A DNA stretch of 63,899 nt, the filler included. It is 13 parts of 13 records of this genome, joined end to end, with 100 filler letters (N's around TTAATTAATTAA, not from the genome) between each part and the next. Parts side by side here need not be neighbours in the genome. Positions count along the whole stretch, not along the records: positions 15,839 to 21,682 come from SRR15195285_1614; positions 21,783 to 25,567 come from SRR15195285_1620; positions 25,668 to 30,426 come from SRR15195285_1623; positions 30,527 to 34,364 come from SRR15195285_1624; 9 more parts are not named here. One strand, 5' to 3'. The position numbers and the translations under genes are program-made. Below the pieces are notes generated by a model. The model was not told the origin of the DNA. It searched no databases and saw nothing but the letters and a program-made list of their open reading frames with translations. Of the stretch, positions 18,801 through 30,586 are shown piece after piece (the first letter of the stretch is position 1; each line of letters starts with the position of its first letter).

Positions 18801-21682
18801 GGTGGCACTTTGCACCCTCGCCCAAGAGAGAGTTGGGGACTGTCTCGGTAGCTAGCTGGTACGCTGCGCCGCGAAAGCCATCCTCTCCTTCTAGTGATAG
18901 CTGCGCGGCGAGGTCAAAATCGAAACCCGTTGCCAACTCTTGTGCAATACCAGCTGGTACATGTGGATATGCCAAGGGATCCTCCGCAATATCGGTTACG
19001 CGATTTTCAAAGTCAGCGCTGTAGTATCCGTACGGACAGTCGTAACAGTACACCATTCTGTCGTCACGCTCTTTACCATCTGGGCAAGCGATGCAGATGT
19101 TGCCTGTAGAGCTGATCTCACCGGGTGCACATTCAATACAGTCTGTCTGTTCTTCGTTTGGTTCCAAGCCTGGCGGGCAGCTCTGGCACAAGCCAGCGGC
19201 GGAATACGTCTGTTCTGGGCACGGTACGCACCCTGTTTGTATCGGGTTTGGACCAAATCCTGGAGGACATGCGTTGCAGAAAATTCCATCGGTGGAAACG
19301 AAGTACGCAGGACAAGCTGTACATGAGATCGAGTAGTCAATGAAGTTGCAGCCGTAGCCTGTGTGGAACCCATGGGCCGCATCGCATGGATGAGTGCGAC
19401 AACCGTCCGGACCAGGACCCGTGATCCATGCCGCCTTGTAAATGTCGAATGGTGTCATGCTTGTATCCCACATAGTCCACGGCAATCCAAGTCGCTCCAG
19501 ATGCAGCGCCTCACCGTATTCAGCTTGATTATCTTTGAACGTGCACCCATACACCTTAGTGTCAACACGATAGGCGCGTATCGCTCCCCCTTCACTGTGG
19601 TGTATGACGATGTTATATTCGATCGAGTCGTCTATTGCTTGGTTGCCAAGAAATGACGACCCACGAAGGTCCATAAAGCCAAAATTGATGTCGATAACTC
19701 CACCGTGCTTGGCAATGTTTCTGTCAAACACGGAATCTAGCACGCGAATTGAAGTATCCCAGCCGTCGATCGCGCCACCTGTATCCTCTGCAATGTTGTG
19801 TAAGAACAAAGAATTCTCGATGTCCATTTCGCCTCTTCTGACGCTGATTGCGCCACCACCGAGTGATGCAATCACTTCGCCTTCGACCGCCGCAATAACA
19901 TCAGGGTCTTCGTGCCTCTGAATATTGTTGATGAACTTGCAATCTACCAAAGATATTGTTGCACCATTCCCTTGTATCGCTCCTCCACCGCGCGAAGTCC
20001 CGTCGTTCATATTGTCTTCAAAATGGCACCGCTCCATAGTCACAATGGCACCTTCCAAGTACATCGCGCCGCCACGGTTTTCAACGAATCTGCATTCCTC
20101 CATCACCAGCGAGGCGGCCTCGCCGCGCCCCTCGCCGCTTCCTGACATTGCCCATATCGCACCGCCGTGAATAGTGGAGAAGCCAGAGTTGAAAGAACTC
20201 TTAATAGCACGCAGCTGCCCAGCACGCATATAGATTGCACCGCCTCGAGGAGCAAAGTTTCCTAGAAAATGTACGTGTTCTAGGATGAGCTCTCCAGCGT
20301 GGTTGTATATCGCGCCGCCTTCGTAGCGGTGAATGTCTTGCGGGCCTGCACTACCTGGTGGCATCCCCTGTTCGTCTACATTTATGTAGCGCATGATCAG
20401 CACACCACCTTCAAGAAACATCCGCGCATTGTGCTCAGTAGGGTTACTACGCGTCGGTAGACCTTGCACAATCACCTGGCTGCCCCCGACAATGAGATCC
20501 CGGCCAAAGGTGCCCATGTAATATATGCTGCATACTACTGGGGGATACGGCTGGAGGTCGTAGGTTTCCACAAGGCTAGTGCAAGTGTAGTAGCACGAGG
20601 AGTCTTCGAGCGTGGCTTCTGGATTGAAATTGTTGGCGCGGCTGTCTGTGCATCCGTACGTGTGGACAAGTTCGCACGTGATATTGGACATCAGAGTGCC
20701 GTCGGCACAGTACGGCTGCTGACCAACTGGATCATAAATCTCGGCGCATGTCAAGTTGCAGGTTTCCCCGGCAGCGAGGAAACCATCGTCTGAGCAATTA
20801 CCCCAGAATCCGTACTGCGGCGGTCGAACATTTCCACAATTGAAGAGCTGCGCATGAGTGTACTCGTACACGCACTGCGCGCCGTCATCGTCAACGGCGA
20901 CATCGAATACTGACAACCCTGCCATCATGCCTTCAAAATGCCAGTCGCGCTCACTATCCAGCTTTCCCGCAAGGAATATGTTAGTTGTGAGGTCGAAACC
21001 TGCAAGAGGCATCGATAAATTTCTCGGCGAGAACAGGGTGCCGACGCGCGGCTCCGCTGCGTTGAATGCCAATGCATCATCGCCCGTTTTCAGTGCTTCG
21101 AAGCTAATCTCTGTCTGGTTTGCCGGGTTTCCGTTGATGTAGAGAGCCGCCTGCTGCGGCGTCACCGACAAACCGACGTGGACCCATTGATCACTGAGAC
21201 CTGCGACAATCGAGTCAGAGAAGAAATCGTAGCCAGCCGTTATCTGATCGTCGTCCTCCAAAGAAACCCTTATTGTGGGCCGCTGTTCTCCGAGATCTAT
21301 GTCCCATGTGCACATGAAAAGAATGCTCACCTCGACGTTTGGATCCCCCGGGATTTCGGCCGGCAAGGCATGGTGGTACAGGTACTGTGGACGATCAGGG
21401 CATGGTTCATTCGTTATCCAAAACCCAACCGTAAACTTTCCGTCTGTTGCATACGGAAAATTCTGCACAATCCCATAGGATCCAGGTTGCTCGAACCGCA
21501 CTCCGAAGGGTTTTTCCATGGTTGGGCCCCCATGTAGGTAAACCCTGTACTGGTTGTTAGAAGTGTCCTCTGGTTCTTCCTTGAGCAGGACAAGGAGCTG
21601 TGGATTAGGGCATCCTGGCATAACATCAGGCTCCGGCTCTGGAACCGGCTCAGGCTCGGGCTCGGGCTCAGGCTCAGGCTCA
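15839..21682 (-). CDS. Large receptor-like membrane protein, partial at both ends: LamG-like, GCTD repeat, GGA(I)/FxxN beta-helix, many GCC2/GCC3 (ephrin-receptor-like) Cys repeats, WSC domain, multi-pass TM C-terminus
   Basis: WVHVGLSV...LYING...FEGMMAGLSVFD (LamG); YGCTDSRANNFNPEATLEDSSC; repeated FxxN..GGAI; more than 15 CxxCP.G repeats; GHSGPLCATCDEGY followed by about 7 hydrophobic segments. Confidence 0.85.
21627..21682 (-). repeat. (GAGCCN)n hexamer repeat encoding a (Glu-Pro)n linker; contig breaks here
   Basis: The minus strand reads EPEPEPEPEPEPVPEPEP in frame with the large ORF. Confidence 0.9.
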
Positions 21683-22509
21683 NNNNNNNNNNNNNNNNNN
21701 NNNNNNNNNNNNNNNNNNNNNNNNNNTTAATTAATTAANNNNNNNNNNNNNNNNNNNNNNNNNNNNNNNNNNNNNNNNNNNNGTGAGCCAAGCAGCGCCG
21801 TATAGGGGGTTGCTCAGTGTGCACGCACTGGTACTCTAGTTCTAGCAAGGTTCTGCACGTGTAGTTCGGCGTGTGGCGTATGGGCGAGACCAGTCTCCCA
21901 CACCCTGCTCCCGATGCAGTCTATGACACGTGGGAGCAGGGGATTTTCATTGGCAAGCTTTTCCTATTGTGGTGCTTCGTCAGAGTTCTAAGTACTCCTC
22001 GCCTGCGTATTCTGCTGCATCAAGGCTGACGACGAGATCGCAGGGACGCACATCCACAGTCTGATGTCTCGAGCCATCTGGAAACGAGGGCAGAGAGCAA
22101 GGCCTGCGGCCAAACCCTTGGGCAAGATCGACTGACTGACCGAGGGTGAGCGCGACGGAGGATGATGAGCAACTGCGGCGGCAGCGGCACAGTTCCACCA
22201 CCATTTGCACCACGACTCGTGGCGCTCAATCGTACTCAGCGCTAGCTGTCTGCAACAGGGGCTGCCACAAGTGTGTTGGCAGGCGCCCCGGCGTCACGCG
22301 GCAACATAGTCCGATACAGTAGTGCTCGATATGCTGGGGAAGAGAAGGGGACACGAGAAACATCGATCTGGAAGCAATGAGCTCGGATCAGTTCAAAACA
22401 TCCAAAATGAAATGCCACATGGTGTGCAGTCATGACGCCCTCGTAGGCCGCCGCATTATCTCTCACTCAATTTTCGAAAATGATATTGTGATTACTGTTT
22501 ACGTCATGC

Positions 22510-25216
22510 CTACCATCCCCTCACCCAGCTACGCCGCCCGTCCGGCGTTGTGACAAGTTTTGGCTGAGCAGCAATGGCTTGGACCCAGTCGTGCTCGAAC
22601 GATGGGTTGCAGCTTAGTGTTGCTGCTGACGGTTTTGCTTTGCTTTGTAGCCCAGCAATTTTCGAACAGCGTTGGCGCGCATCGGAAGAGTATCGCTTCG
22701 CTGCTGAGAAGGCGGAGGCGACTGCCCGACCACAGTGCTGTGCATCAACACTCGACGGCTGCCTTTGCGTCCGCTGTTTCTGGGTCTGCTGGCGCATGTG
22801 CGCGAAATTTGGGCGCGCGCTGCTCTTTCCAAAGCCAACGCCACTACTCGCCACATCCGTGGATCCCATGCCATTTTGAGCGAGCTGTCTTACGTAGTCG
22901 GCGCGGTCCTCTACCGATGAGACAGTCTCATCGGCTACAGCTGCATGCTGACGGTTCGAACTCGCGCAGCTGTGGTCACTATTTGGCAGCACTGGCGTGG
23001 TATGAGCAGCCCCACCGGCCGCAGAAGCTTGCTGTTTCCGCTGCTCTCTGGCACTAGCAATTGCTCTCAAGTATGGCTCTGAAGACAGATTAACCGGCAC
23101 CTGTGTGCTGCCGGCTGACAGTCGCGGTGTGGAGACAGTGGGATTTGCATCGGCAGCAGAGGTGGTGGTTGTGACGGCAGCGTCGTCCGTGGTGAGACCA
23201 GTCAGCAGCAGCTTTACCTCGTTTTTCAGTGCGTTGTGCTTGCTCAGCTTGCCCTCGTTCGGCGTCGCAACCATCACGGTCAGAAACGAACCGGTCGGTG
23301 AGAATGAGGAGCCCGTCGGAGAAAATGACGGTGGTGCTAAGTCCTGACATCGAGACAGCCAGTCATCAGTGATACAATCATGTCAGGTTGGGCCAGCTTG
23401 GAATGAATGGTGCACACTATTGCAGTGGCAAATGAGTTGGAGAGGTTGGGAAGGGGGCGAGGGACAATACCACATCCGCTCCATGCACCATCGTTTGTGT
23501 CTGTAGAGGCTCAGTTGTCTCCTGGACCTCATCTGGGTGGTGCTGTTGCAAATGTACTTGCCGCTGTGGCAGCACATCCTCGTCTGAGACAATGCTTGCG
23601 CCATCATCTGATCCGATCTCTGTCCCATCATCTAAGGTAGTGTTTGCGCTATTTTCTGAGGCCATGTTGCTGCCATCGTCTGACTTGTGCGCCGCTTCGA
23701 TCTGCCTGATTCGTTTCTGCTCCTGTGCCTCCAGCCTAATCTTGAACTCTACTGCTCGGCGCTCCCGCTCACTGTGTCGACTGTGTGGTGTGCTGGGTCT
23801 GCCCGAGCTCAACCTATCGACCATTCTTTGGCGCCGTTTTTCGACCTCTGTGAACAACCGCATCCGACTTTCCCGCGCTGAGAGGGCACCCCTGGTGTCA
23901 CCCGTATCTGGCAGCCTTTCCATCTGCCGGACCCCAGAAGCACTCCTCCTACGCATACCGTGCGATTGACTTATTGGTTTGGCTGAATACACAGCAGTTG
24001 GGGCTCCCCACGTTCTTGCGTTGCGATCTGCCTTTGAACGAGTCCGTGCAACCCACAACGCGGACGCCTGCGCTGCGCGTTGCACTGCTGCTTCCGTCTG
24101 CTCACTCTGCGACTTTGTCTTGCGACGCCCGACCGCCACCTTTCGAACCTTCTTTTTATTTTTGATTGTAGCATGCGCGCGTTCCCGAGTTTGTTTCAGC
24201 TTCTTCTCACGCCGTGCTGCCTCGTCTTGCATCCGCTGTGCAAATGCCTCCACCTTCTTCTGCGAGATGAACACCGGCGCAGCGATCTCCGCATTCTCTT
24301 TCTCCAGGGCTTCTGCCCGGAGCTGAGCCGCTCGCTCTTCCCGTATCTGGTGCCACTTCTCAAATCGTTCGAGATTTAGTGCCATCTGTTCCGGAGTGAG
24401 CTTTTCTGCCTCTTCTTGTTCCTCCGGCCTCCCGATCCGCTCCGATGCAGGTCGCCGGACCGACGGTCCCAAGAAGCTGCTGAGACTGCCGTGTGCGGCA
24501 TGTATGCTGCTAGGCTGTGACGCAATCGGACTCGCTTCATGAGCTAAACGGTACAGCCCTACATGACCACGCCACTCTTGTAGACCAAGGCTGCGCCATG
24601 CCGAAGGAAGTTCGTCAGGTTGTCCGATAAACAGAAAGCCGCCTGCTCGTAGGCAGCCGAACTCCAGCAGCTCCCTCAGAAACGTGGCGCACTCGTCCTT
24701 CGAGCAGTATAAAAAGACAGAGTACCGGCAAGTGATCAGATCAAAACTTTTGGTTGGCATAATTTCTCGAACATCTTGCTGTATGAAGGTTGCGTGGCGC
24801 TTGAGGCGCTGTTGCACGGTGTACGTCTGCTGCTGCTCGAGATGCCGAATGTCAAAGCACCGCTCGAGCCATGCCTCCGGCACATCCTGCACGGCATGCT
24901 CTCCATATTCAGCACGCTTCGCAGCGGCAATCGCGTCATGAGATATGTCTGTTCCTAAGTAGCTTAGGTCGACGCCCGGAAAGTGCTCAGCGAGGACTTG
25001 TTCCCACGACATCAGCAAACTGAACACTTCCTCACCCGCAGAGCACCCGCAGCTCCACGCCTCGATCGCCTGCCCAGCACCACGCTGCAGCGCATCCTTG
25101 CCCAGCTCCCAGAGCAGCTCATTCTCGACCACCTCAAACGAAGCTGGGTCGCGGTACAGCTTCGAGTACGTGCGGTAGTTCTTTTTCGACAGCCCCTCGT
25201 GCCCGCGGTCGACCAT
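22510..25216 (-). CDS. CheR-type (glutamate O-methyltransferase) SAM-binding domain followed by a coiled-coil/low-complexity tail; probably spliced to the last exon 23343..22510
   Basis: SKLYRD (T.FFRD), WSCGCSAGEEVFSL (WSAGCSTGEEPYS), GTDIS..AI..A, FDLITCRY..F.Y and GGFLFIGQPDEL. Acceptor ATGTCAG at 23344 opens the frame of ORF 22510-23277; the donor was not pinned down. Confidence 0.82.
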
Positions 25217-25877
25217 CCTCAGCCCAGTATCAACGGTTTCTGCCGTTCCGTTTCTTCATCGTCGACTCGGCTCCCGCCAGCATATCCCTACACACGCAAA
25301 GCGCTGCACATGCACACCCACAATACCACTAGGCCCCCAGTTCAGTCCTGTAGTGGCGGCTTTATGCTGGAGATCTTGGGAACCAGGCCTGATCGGCCGC
25401 GATCAGGGGCTCCATCGGTGAGCGTGCCAGCCAGCCATGCCGGTGCGCGGGTGCGGCGCGAGGTCGCCACTACACCGGCCGGTGGAGTCAGGGGCGGGCT
25501 CACGCGAGCACGTCAGCAGCCGTTGGTCGATTTTGGAGTTTCTTTCGTCCTGTTATCAGAGTCTCTCNNNNNNNNNNNNNNNNNNNNNNNNNNNNNNNNN
25601 NNNNNNNNNNNTTAATTAATTAANNNNNNNNNNNNNNNNNNNNNNNNNNNNNNNNNNNNNNNNNNNNCTCCGAGGGGAGGCGACCACGGGCGAACGGTGT
25701 AAAACTGAATTGCATGTCGGGAAGTGGAAGGCCCGACGCGATCACTTCCCCGGCGTTCAGCCCAGACTAGAAACTCGTACCCGGATCGTTGATCCTTGAC
25801 ACTGTATCGTGGAATCTGTAGTACCATAATTACGAGTTTGTATCCCGGCTGCTAATTCATTGTTTTTCATTTCTTTG

Positions 25878-25933
25878 ACTTACGTGCATCGCACTTCCAC
25901 ATAATACTTACGTGCATCGCACTTCCACATAAT
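25878..25933. repeat. 28-bp exact tandem duplication (ACTTACGTGCATCGCACTTCCACATAAT x2)
   Basis: Directly visible. Confidence 0.9.
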
Positions 25934-26134
25934 ATCATAATTGTACCATTTTCCGGTACAAACTTCGCACATATGTAAAGAACAATACACCGGCGCTTGA
26001 TGTTGCAGAAATGTCACCCTCTGCTCTCTGGGGCACCGGCCGCGCGCCACCATGATGCATCTTGCATGTTGGTTGTTGCCCCCACGCATCGTGTTTCCTG
26101 CATGATTTCAGAATTCTCTACTCGATCTACCGGC

Positions 26135-26169
26135 CGGTGCCCCAGACGGTGCCCCAGACGGTGCCCAGA
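26135..26169. repeat. 12-bp tandem repeat CGGTGCCCCAGA x3 (last copy 1 nt short)
   Basis: Directly visible. Confidence 0.85.
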
Positions 26170-26207
26170 ATTCTCAGAGAGCGTTGGGCGTGAAGGAGGC
26201 ACAGCAG

Positions 26208-26380
26208 CTACAATCTCGTACTTTCATTCGTTTTCAATATATATATTCATTGCGATGATAAATGCGAGTTTACAGAGGTGACGCACAACATCTACAATCT
26301 CGTACTGATTGTATGGATACATTCATCTTCAATATATATATTTACTGCGGTGATGAATGCGAGTTTACAGAGGTGACGCA
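26208..26380. repeat. Imperfect tandem duplication of about 80-90 bp (26208-26285 and 26292-26380)
   Basis: Both copies begin CTACAATCTCGTACT, contain TTCAATATATATATT, and end AATGCGAGTTTACAGAGGTGACGCA. Confidence 0.85.
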
Positions 26381-27033
26381 GGGGCTGAAGAAGAAGAAGA
26401 AGAAGGTCACGGGCGGTGTGCAGGGTCTGTGCGGTGCGTGTTGCTATTGGAACGCAGTGCCGTTCGGCCTCGGGCGTGGGTGAGGGTAGGAGCTGGGGCT
26501 GGAGCTGGGAGGGGAGGGAGGGAGGGAGGGGGGTGCCACAGCGCTGGGGAAGGGCGTGCGCAGGTTGTCGTGAGGAAGCGCGGTGGATTGCGGGCCCCCG
26601 AACGGACAGGAGGGTTGGGGGAGCGTGCATCTCACCGCAGGGAGGGTTGCGACGTTGTGCCTCGCGGGAGGCGGTGCGCTGGGGAAGGTGCGTGGCGGAA
26701 GTTTGGTGGCTCGCTGGGAGGCGCGACCGTGGGGTAATGTGAGCACGGTGGAGTGTGCGTGAACGTGCTGGATACGCCGTGACGACAGCTGGAGCGGACA
26801 AGCTGAGCTGCTGCCTAAGCCGGCCGCCGACAGCAAGCTCGAAAAGCGCGGGCTCACGACAGATATATCCATTCGCCGCAGGGCCATACCACACGGTGCA
26901 GATAGACTGGAGGGTATCTGCACGGTTTCCTGGTTAACGGGCGGTTTGCAGCACGCAGTCTTCTCCCAGACACGCACAGTGTGCACCATATCAGGCGCAG
27001 CATAGAGTGAAAGTCGCAGGTGTGGAGAAGAGG

Positions 27034-30000
27034 ATGGGAGCGTGCGTGCAGGGCGCCGGCCTGCTCCTTGTAGTCTGGGCGGGTGGTGCGGCAGCTCCGG
27101 CGGCGTGGAATGAGACTGGCTCGCTGGCCTGCAGCGGCCACGCGCTCGGGGAGTACACGAACTGCATGGAAACGTGCGGCCTGACGTGCAATGTCACGAT
27201 GTTTGCACGCTGCGATGTCGAGGTGCCAGCGAACAGTACGCTCCCCCACACACACACCTCACCCCACGGCACACGCCCGACTGGCACGCGGTGTCTCGCC
27301 TGTGCGTACTGACCCCGCCGCGCGGCTCCGCCAGGTGGGCGCTGGCAAAAGGCTCATCGCACGGTGGCTGCACTGTGCGCCCGCACTGCCTTCTGCGACG
27401 AACTCATGCTCGAGGTCGAGGAAAACGAGGCGTGCTGCCCGCTCCGCACGCCCGGGCTCAACACGTGCGAGGGTTACGGCCCGATAGAAACGTGCAGCGT
27501 CGAGTGTGCGGCGTCGATTTACATGGAGTTCTCCCGTGAGTGCCTCGCCTACGGATACCGCGCGAACGAAACCGTGCCCAGGAGACAGATGGACGCAACC
27601 CAGAAGATCTGCCGCTCCAACCTACTTCGCTACGGTGCGGAGGCCCTGTACGCCAACAATAGGCTGGCGTACATCCCGTACGGCGGGCTGCTGCTGTTTA
27701 TCATTCCGCTGTTCTTCTTTGGCGTGTTCATCTTCTTCGGCAAGCAGCTGGCCACAATGTTCCGAATGTTGGTGGGCGGGATATCGGTGGGGTTCGCCGT
27801 TGCCTGGCCCACAATATCCCCATACATGGCCTCCTGTGAGATTACATTAGACGGCTCAGATGTAGTCACGATCTGCACGGGTGCTCCGGAGCTGGAGGCT
27901 AAAATGGTCATTGCATTAGGTCTTGCAGTTCTCATCTTCTTCCAGTCTGCATACACGTGCAGGCAGATCGAGTATTTCGGCAATGCCGTGCAAGGCTTCA
28001 CGCTCGGGATAATTTTCATAGTCCTGGTGCTTAATGTAATGATCGCCAGAGATACTGAGAGCCAGAAAAGTTCGGAGTCGTCATGGCTGATGTTGGGCAT
28101 GTACCTTACCATGGGCTCGGTCTTCGCGTCCCTTAACGTCTTCCTGCCCACCGGCGTGAACATACTGGCGAGTACTATGATTGGCACCTACTTTTGCTGC
28201 CAGATTGTATGCATCATCGGATATTTCCAGAACTGGTTCTCCACCTTCCCCGTCTCAGTGATGGCAGCCTCGATGGGCGTGGCAGGCTGCCAAGACGGCT
28301 GGTGCTGGCTTTACGTACTTTTCTGGGTTCTCGTTGGCTTTGTGGGCTGCACCTCGCAGCTGCATGCGGTAGAAACTGCCGAAAAGGTCGAGGAGGGTGA
28401 AGTGGCGCACGGGTGCTGGGCTAGAATAATGTACGTGTCGCACCATGCAGTGGCACTGGTGCTGGACATGGAGGCCTCGATGGCAGAGCATGCAGACTAC
28501 CACACGGCGGAAGAAATGGAGGTGCTTGCTGCTCACCACGCCGCGACCTGGGCCAAGGTAGCAACGTTCACGAGCGATACGTGCATCATGATGTTCGGAT
28601 TTTCGCTCCTCGCTGGTACTGTTGAGCTCTTCGTACGTGGCGTCGACGTCCCAATTTCACTGGGTTTCTATATTTGCGCATCTGCGCTGGCCGCGATGAT
28701 TTTTACGCTCTATGAGATGTCGATTCACAACACGGCCACTGTGACCACTCGTGTCAAAAAATTCGACATTTACATCTGGGGTATTTTCGTCCTTATCCCT
28801 GTCTCGGTGACTGGCTTTCTGTTGTGCATGACACTCGGCATGGAAAGCGACCCGCTGGGCTTACATGACAATTTCGGTGTCGACCTGTTGGTGGACGCCG
28901 AGTGTGATGGCAGCGAGTGCATCGACCAGGCACAGCGCACGATTTTCTTCCGTCACATGCAGGCCGCGGCATTCGCTTACCTCGGACTAATCATCTCATC
29001 TTGCCTGACTGTGACATACGTGACGCGTCACCTTGGTGGGTTGCTATACCTGGCACTGAAAGTGACAAAATTCGTTGCATTCCTGCTGATTGGATACGGC
29101 GCAATTTTCATTACGATCGGCGTTGCGTTCGTTCCACCAGAGGGATCGGGCTATGACGGCGCCTGGCTGTACACAGCGATGGTAGTGATCGGTGGGTTCG
29201 AGTGCTTGACAGGGATCATGGGTATTGCGGGTGCGTGCTCGCACGCCAAGAAAGGTCAGGCTGCCAAGTCGAATGAGAACGGTGCAGCTGCAGCCAAACA
29301 AGTCGAAGCCATGGCCAGCAGTGACGGCAAGAACGAAGACAGCGCTCCAGCGGCCAATGACGACGATGACCCAGGAGAGGTGACCGAGGAAGAACTCCAG
29401 GAGGAGACAGAGGCAATTAAGAGCTTGCGGATATTCGCTGGGCTGCTTGCGCTGATCATGGTGATGAATGTGGGTCTATTCCTCGCAGCAGGTTCGTGGG
29501 CAACTGATGTTGACACCATGAGTGACACGGAGTGGCTCCAGATCAATGGCACTGGCGGCCCGCTGCAGTCTTACTGCACCCAGGTCGGGGACCCAGTAGA
29601 AAACTGCATGGTTACGCGCGAGCAATTCGAGAAGGACATCATGGCGTCGTTCCAGCTTCTGATGGTGGCTGGGATTACTGTCATTGTCTACATGATGGTT
29701 GGTCTCGGGGCCAGCATCTTCGTGATGGTCCAAAAACCAGGGGTCTTGTCGCACGCTGAGGAGATGGTTGCCAAGCACGCGAAGGACTACATCGACGAAG
29801 TGACCGCGGCGGATCTTCGAGAACGGCACGGAAAGGACTCTGGAGTAGAGGCGGTACAGACTTTGCAGGCTGTGAAAGGACAGAGCCCGAACGGAAGGAA
29901 AAAGAGGCGCGTGAAGAAGAACCATGACAACGAGACTACCGAGGAGAAGGCTGCGAGGAAACAGAGGCATGAAAAGAAGAAAGCAGAAAAGAAGAAGAAG

Positions 30001-30216
30001 CAGGAGGAGGAGGATGCTAGTAATGGGTCAGTTGACAACCCCGTGAGCGAGCCGGGCCAGGTATTTGACGTAGAGGATAGCACACCTCGTGCCGCGGACG
30101 GACGCGACGGAGCCGATGGCTCGGGCTCGGATTACTCGGATGACTCTTCTGAGTACGAGTGGCACACGACAGACACTGAGGGTGAGGACGAAGCAGACGA
30201 TTTGCGGGATATTTGA
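27034..30216 (+). CDS. Polytopic membrane protein: signal peptide, Cys-rich ectodomain, TM7S3/TMEM198-like block, tetraspanin-like blocks, charged tail; join(27034..27235,27335..30216)
   Basis: A phase-1 intron GTACGC...CTGAC...CCAG (27236-27334) joins the signal-peptide exon to the 950-aa ORF. About 15 hydrophobic segments. Family assignments are tentative. Confidence 0.75.
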
Positions 30217-30586
30217 GCAACAATGCATCGAGTGTACATTGTACAGTCCTGTACCTTTTTCGTCGAGAGTGCAATCAGTCCATGGGAACGAGCAGCACCG
30301 CCCCATTTGTTTTCACGGTGGTTACCCAGCCCGTGGGTGAGGCCCCGCCACGCCGCACACGCGACATCACATTGCCTCTCGCACTCAGAGCGCTCTCCAG
30401 CACCTCTACCTGCTCGCCTTCGCGTANNNNNNNNNNNNNNNNNNNNNNNNNNNNNNNNNNNNNNNNNNNNTTAATTAATTAANNNNNNNNNNNNNNNNNN
30501 NNNNNNNNNNNNNNNNNNNNNNNNNNCGCTCTAATCGGTGCTTTGACAGTGGTGTGCACATGGTGCCCAGCTGCACAGCCGCGCCG

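Noticed and set aside
21903-21941. 10-bp stem hairpin CCCTGCTCCC/GGGAGCAGGG
   Set aside because: No U-tract, and no SECIS, tRNA or snoRNA hallmarks that I can support; plausible by chance.
22510-25216. Bacterial contaminant explanation for the CheR contig
   Set aside because: No neighbouring che genes or operon structure, a long low-complexity tail, a plausible splice acceptor and composition like the other contigs. Not fully excluded without coverage data.
25878-26380. Direct repeats considered as a CRISPR array or LTRs
   Set aside because: Only two adjacent copies of each, with no unique spacers, no cas or retroelement ORF, and a eukaryotic context.
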